Below the pieces are notes generated by a model. That model was not told the origin of the DNA, searched no databases, and was given only the letters and a program-made list of their open reading frames with translations. Made by a program: the position numbers and the translations under genes. A DNA stretch of 57,393 nt, filler included, from Trypethelium eluteriae (lineage: Eukaryota), in the NCBI GenBank assembly GCA_051942245.1. It is 4 parts of 4 records of this genome, joined end to end, with 100 filler letters (N's around TTAATTAATTAA, not from the genome) between each part and the next. Parts side by side here need not be neighbours in the genome. Positions count along the whole stretch, not along the records: positions 43,164 to 57,393 come from JAVECL010000698.1; 3 more parts are not named here. One strand, 5' to 3'. Shown in pieces: positions 52,381 through 57,393 of this stretch (position 1 is the first letter of the stretch; each line of letters opens with the position of its first letter).

Positions 52381-53613
52381 CCATTAAGGTTGTTATTCAT
52401 CAGTTCTTCCGACCCCTGCCTCACAGGACAATAGATAGATCTGTGATGTGCACGTCATGGGCCATTCACCTACAGCTGTTGAAACACAGTTGACCAAGTA
52501 GTCGTAACTCTGTTGACGGGCTTGAAATGTTGACGGGCACGAAGCGAGACAAAAGTATGGTCACGAAGTGTTCATATCATCTGAGGTTTAGAGGAAGTTA
52601 TGTACCTAGATACAGAGTGGTGAAAGTGAAGCAATTGCCCTAGGATAGTCACGTGCCCATGTCCCTCGTTTCCCCCAGGACAAACACAACGCGAAAATTC
52701 AAGCCTGCATTTAGGAGAAATAATTTACCAATGCTTGGGGGTTACTATACGCCAATTAGCGGTCTCTTCGACCCAACTCACGAATTTTCTGCTGGAGATT
52801 CAGGCAAATCCGACTCGCTAGAAATTTCAAACCCAGGCACCTGAGCGTTCGGTCTTGATGATGAGCTGATCCTCTGATTTTGTTGCGGGCGTTGCACAAG
52901 TAAACTTGGGTAAACGATTGTCTACGGTTCACGATAATAAAAACACACTGACCTGCTCGTGGGAGTGTAAATGTGATGCTCACCTTCAGATCACTAGTAT
53001 CGAATTGCAGCGGCAGCTACATCAGGGCGAAAAACTCTGTTGTTCTAGATAGCTACAGCTAACTATTCAATGACCTCGAAATAAAGGAGATGAAGCCTCT
53101 GAGGTGGTCTATACCAATTCGGGCAAGAATTTACTCTACCACGGACGAGCCAATAGAACCTAGAAATTTTACCCAATGAAGAAGAGGACGAAAGGTAGGC
53201 TTCAGGGTCGACAACTAGCACTGCCCGTTAGTTATAAATCTCTCTCCGTCTCAAGTCTGCGGTACTATAATGAAAACTTCTGATTTCGGCATTATGGTGT
53301 CGGTGGACAGTGGGTGTGCGTTGGATTGAGCATCCAGACTATTCAGGTTCATTGTCGCAAGCTTTCTCAGGTACAGTTGGGCAAGGTGGGAAAGATGGAT
53401 CTCTAAGGTTGCGGTTGGTCAACTTCAACCCTTTACTCTAACCTCGCCAAAGCGCAGAAGTACAAGCGCAAAAGAGAGAACTTGTCGAGTGATATCCATC
53501 CACATACATGCTCCCGTAGACTCTACGCGACTCCAAGCAATTGCAGAAGACGAATATACAAAAAATGTTGGATGGTAAAATACGATTCTAAAATGATATA
53601 TTGTTAAGATTTA

Positions 53614-53657
53614 ATTTTACCACTAAACCATGAGCATCAGTGGTTTAGTGGTAAAAT
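53614..53657 (+). repeat. Perfect 17-bp inverted repeat between the tRNA 5' leader and tRNA exon 1
   Basis: attttaccactaaacca (53614-53630) is the reverse complement of tggtttagtggtaaaat (53641-53657). Confidence 0.95.
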
Positions 53658-53755
53658 GTAAGCTAGCCCAAATGAGTGAAGGAAGTACGTGGACTAATCA
53701 GCGCATAGCCGTCGTTGCCATCGACGGGCCCCGTGTTCGATTCACGGCTGATGCA
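53634..53755 (+). tRNA. tRNA-Gly-GCC: tRNA-Gly(GCC), split into exon 1 (53634-53657) and exon 2 (53709-53755) by a 51-nt GT-AG insert at position 25/26
   Basis: Joined 71 nt folds fully: acceptor GCATCAG/CTGATGC, D stem GTTT/AAAT, anticodon stem CGTCG/CGACG with loop TTGCCAT, T stem CCGTG/CACGG with TTCGATT; A box 53641-53651, B box 53735-53743. Confidence 0.93.
53658..53708 (+). other. Putative spliceosomal (U2-type) intron inside the tRNA gene
   Basis: Donor GTAAGC, branch site ACTAAT (53693-53698), acceptor TAG; 51 nt, similar to mRNA introns in this window. Confidence 0.85.
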
Positions 53756-53758
53756 ATA

Positions 53759-53767
53759 TTTTTTTTT
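53759..53767 (+). terminator. RNA polymerase III terminator (T9)
   Basis: Nine T residues starting 4 nt after the tRNA discriminator base. Confidence 0.85.
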
Positions 53768-55044
53768 GTCTTTTTCCATCATATCCTCCCAATTCTGTGA
53801 TGATGCGCACGACTGAGGAGCAAACTGATTAGGAGCACTATGCTTGACCGAAAGCCTAGAGTGGAATGCACGATTGAGTTTTCTAAGATTGGTTTCGCGA
53901 TGGGCCGAGGAACCAAATTTTTCACAGGGACGTAATTGCCACGCACAAGAATAGAAATGGTGCTTAACCACTATTGCAGAAATTTTGGCTCTTTATTTGT
54001 TGCCGCTCCGAAAATTAGCTATGAACGCTTATAGTACAACAAATGATCCAATTGAAAGTGGGAAAATTATTGCTACGAAAGCTGGGAAACAAGCAATTTA
54101 CTGTGCTTCCTTTTTGGATTCCTACTACCTTTACTGAGGAACGTATAGATGTTATCACAATATATTGATCCTCATTGTCACCGTTCACCGTTTCATAGGT
54201 GTCTTCCGTTTGCCTCTTAGTAAAGCGGTATAGTAAATTCGAATTGGCATACTAAGGGCAAGATTACAACTCTCAGATTGTGGACTAAGTTTTTTATACA
54301 ATCTGACATTGCCTTGCCTATCTTATCGCAATACTAGTATTCCTGCTTTTGCTGCAGGCGAAGATCAGTAAATGATAGTTTTGATACTATGTAAAGGGAT
54401 TCGCATCTGGAGTTTATCGAGAATCAGTACACCGTCCCCGGCCAGGATTGAGTCGCCGCTATCGATTCTGCTCTATAAACTGTTAAAAACTGTGGTCCGA
54501 TCATACTTTTGCTTTATCTACATATGATGAAAAGAAGGGAAAAGGAGTAACTCTTAGACGCTCTACCTCCCCTCTGGTTTGAAATGCGATCATGCAAGGA
54601 ACCGCAGCATCGGAAAGTCGAATCGACTTTGCGCGATCGCATCAAGCCGGAAGCAGTCTAGGTTCCGACAGCTTTCCCCAGATCCAGGGCGCCACGGCAA
54701 CCAGGGGGCAAGCTTACCATCCCGATCTGCGGAATCCTTGTCCTTTGGCTTGACTGATGTCACGTCCGGCCTGTTATCTGTGCTAACCACGATGGTGAAG
54801 TCAATGATGGAATGGCTCATAGGCGAGCCTCCTTTAAGATTGCCGCTAGGCTGCGTGCAAGGCTGGGAGAGAGGGTTTAAGTAGGGGCATGAGGCTCAAG
54901 TTCTTCAATCCCAATTCTCATTTTCACTTCCATTGCATTGATCCATCTGCTGAACTCCTTACTGCAACAATCGATCCTGTGATTGAATAGACCCTCTCTA
55001 CAGCCTTCGTGAAGCATTTCAACTTTAATCATCTCGTCACCAAA

Positions 55045-56222
55045 ATGCCACCCAAAGACAAATACACTGACCCCAAATTGCGCGATGAAGTGAAAGAAGA
55101 GATCCATGAGTCCGACAAAGGCGGAGCGCCAGGCCAATGGTCGGCAAGAAAGGTATGCTCTACGCGAGATCGCATGCAGCACGCGTTTGACTCTAATCAC
55201 CCAATTAGGCGCAAATGATGGCTTCAGAATACAAGAAGCGCGGCGGTGGATACACCACCGACAAAGATCAAGGTCAGGACGAGTCACAGAAAAACTTGTC
55301 TAAATGGGGAGAGGAGGAATGGCAGACGAAAGAGGGCAGCGGCAACGCGAAGAAGGAGGATGGGACCGAGAAGCGATATCTTCCCAAGAAGGCCTGGGAG
55401 CAAATGTTCGTTGTGTAACTCCTCCAAGCTTGATCCTATAGATGCTAATAGCACTTTCCCAGGTCCGAGGAGGAGAAGCAGGCTACAGACGACAAGAAAC
55501 AGGAAGAAAGCAAAGAGGGCAAGCAGTTTGTGAGTAATACGCAAAAAGCAAAGAATGCCCGTGAGAATGCGAACAAGGAGGAGTCGGAGAACTTTGAGGG
55601 CCGCAAGCAGAAGCAATCTGGCGGAGCCAAAAGTAAGAAAGGCCAAGCTGCCGACAACGATGAGCAAGAAGATGAAGCCGATGACGACGCTGAAGCCGCT
55701 GAAGAGGAGGGCTACGATTATGACGAAGCGCAAGACGGGGAGTTCAATGAAGATGAGGTTGATGACGATGATGACGAAGATGTTGACGAGGAAGAAGTCC
55801 AAGGGGAGGATGATGAGGATGATGAGGATGAGGATGACGCCGAGGTGGCTGACGAAGGCGAAAAGGAACCTCGGGGTCAGAAGCGTGGAAGAGGAAAGCA
55901 GAGTGGGGGTTCTAATAAAAAGCAAAAAGACAACTCGGGCAAGGGTAAACAGAATGGGACCGTGGGGTCGAAGCATGATCCGGCAGACGCACCTGCACCG
56001 GCTGGATCCAAAGACAGGCTCCCTGGAAAGGGCCAGAAGGTTGTCTGGAAGTCATTGCCGGGATACGTGGATGGTGAGGTAGTTGAAGTCTTATATGATC
56101 AGAAAGAGGTGGATGGTAAGCAGGTCAAGGCCAAGAAAGACGATCCAAGGATTGTTCTGAAGAGCAGCTCCTCGGGCAAGATTTGTGTGCACAAGCCCGA
56201 CGCTATCTATTTCGATGATTGA
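55045..56222 (+). CDS. DUF5872-like N-terminal domain + acidic tract + Hva1-type Tudor (DUF2945-like) domain, 3 exons
   Basis: YTDPKLR...KGGAPGQWSARK|AQMMASEYKKRGGGY...KW.EEEWQT...RYLPKKAW; C-terminal GQKVVWK...G.V.E...KA..DDPR.V.KS..SGK..VHKP; exons 55045-55152, 55209-55405, 55463-56222. Confidence 0.8.
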
Positions 56223-56709
56223 GTTGTTCTATGGACATTCTTGTTTTCCTGCGTGATGTCTTCAAATGTTTTCAAACAACCAATTAAATGCTCAAATTGA
56301 TTCGGACAGGGTTTCGCGAGCTATTTTGACAAGGACAGTGCGTAAGAGGTGTCGGGTTCTTAAGGCATCCACTGTCTTGCCGGGGCTGACTCCAAACCAC
56401 ACCTGTTGGAACAAATGAATGCCAAACCTAATCTCCATGGGCGCTACTCCGTATAAGTTCTTGTATTAATTTAGATATTTAAGTACTTCATGAATCCCAT
56501 AAGTAACTATTCACCGAGGTACCGGTAGGTGGAGATCCCTGGCTAGTGAATGACGAGATGCGCAAAGTGCGTCATGGGAACCCAGTCATTTAGAAGAAGG
56601 ATTTTCTCGTCTTGAATATGTTTCTTTCCAGACTTATTATGGGTTCTATCAATATGATTACGCATTGACCAAGCCGTTGCTAAATCTCTCGTTTGTTCAT
56701 TCCTGAGCT

Positions 56710-57393
56710 ATGCATACTGGAAACGGAAGCCATTGGCTTGAGAGATATCATTCTGGCTATCATGAATGGAAAACCTATGGCCGAAATGGCGATAGCCTGT
56801 CCGGCAGGCCTCTCGGTCTCGTGGAAACGATGTTCGATTGTGATGGCAGAAGATTCGAGGGACGAGCTGATGTCCATGGCGTACTCAAGCTCAAGATAAA
56901 AGGCCGAGAGACTCGAGAGCAATTGCGAAAAAGAATACGATTGGCTTGGGCAAACTTCCGCGCTCATCATCCATTGACAAGAGCAATTGCCGACAAACTT
57001 CCATCTGGACCCATCATTGATGAAACGGGAAAAGAAGGCCACCAAAGATATTTTGTCATCAGACCTCTGGGTAAAAGTTCTAAAGAGAACCTCGAGGACT
57101 CCTCTGCCACACTTACCTTCGTAGAGGACTTCCACGCGCAAGTGGATCCAGCGGACTTCCTAAAGCATGTCGAGAACACAGGCCGAGCCATCGATCCGTC
57201 AAAATCGCTCTCAAAACTTTTCGTACTCCCCCTCATCAAACTTTCCGATGGCACATTCCAGCTCCCGCTCGTATTCATCTTCGCCCACCAGATCACTGAC
57301 GGCCTCACCATGTACAACTGGCTCCCACATTTCAACCACCTCCTTAACCAATCTCAATCCACCCTCCTCACCCTCCTCACCACTCTCTCCAGC
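56710..57393 (+). CDS. CoA-dependent acyltransferase-fold protein (HxxxD), 3'-truncated; absent from the supplied ORF track
   Basis: Open frame from ATG 56710 to the window end: RPLGLVETMFD.DG..FEGRAD...LRKRIRLAWANFRAHHPL...FIFAHQITDGLT. Confidence 0.75.
   Translation, partial: MHTGNGSHWLERYHSGYHEWKTYGRNGDSLSGRPLGLVETMFDCDGRRFEGRADVHGVLKLKIKGRETREQLRKRIRLAWANFRAHHPLTRAIADKLPSGPIIDETGKEGHQRYFVIRPLGKSSKENLEDSSATLTFVEDFHAQVDPADFLKHVENTGRAIDPSKSLSKLFVLPLIKLSDGTFQLPLVFIFAHQITDGLTMYNWLPHFNHLLNQSQSTLLTLLTTLSS

Noticed and set aside
53658..53708. Ordinary TSEN-type tRNA intron or random insertion in a pseudogene
   Set aside because: It is not at 37/38, I see no bulge-helix-bulge, and donor, branch and acceptor signals are all present with intact tRNA stems. 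Disfavoured, but not excluded without RNA data.
48984..53755. Functional link between PRP4 and the nearby intron-containing tRNA
   Set aside because: Only proximity (about 3 kb) supports it, which is not informative in a eukaryotic genome.

Overview
Filamentous ascomycete (Pezizomycotina-type) nuclear DNA, about 50% GC, with short GT-AG introns and CTRAY branch points. The window is not one locus. It is four unrelated ~14.3 kb contigs joined by artificial 100-nt spacers (44 N + TTAATTAATTAA + 44 N), so gene neighbourhood only has meaning inside each contig. Contig 1 holds an SDR, a RING protein, two tandem intronless paralogues (putative Zn-binding N-terminus + coiled coil), SSK1 and a haspin 3' end. 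Contig 2 holds a Myb-like gene, a secreted polyamine oxidase and an ILV3-family dehydratase. Contig 3 holds separase, a DUF5321-like protein and a C2H2 transcription factor. Contig 4 holds the dynein intermediate chain, ATP synthase subunit e, an FAD monooxygenase, PRP4, a small Arg-rich protein, a tRNA-Gly, a DUF5872/Hva1-Tudor-like protein and a partial acyltransferase. The standout is the tRNA-Gly(GCC) gene at 53634-53755. It is interrupted at a non-canonical position (25/26) by a 51-nt insert carrying all three spliceosomal-intron signals (GTAAGC, ACTAAT, TAG). Its 5' leader also holds a perfect 17-nt antisense copy of the first exon that ends exactly at the donor site.
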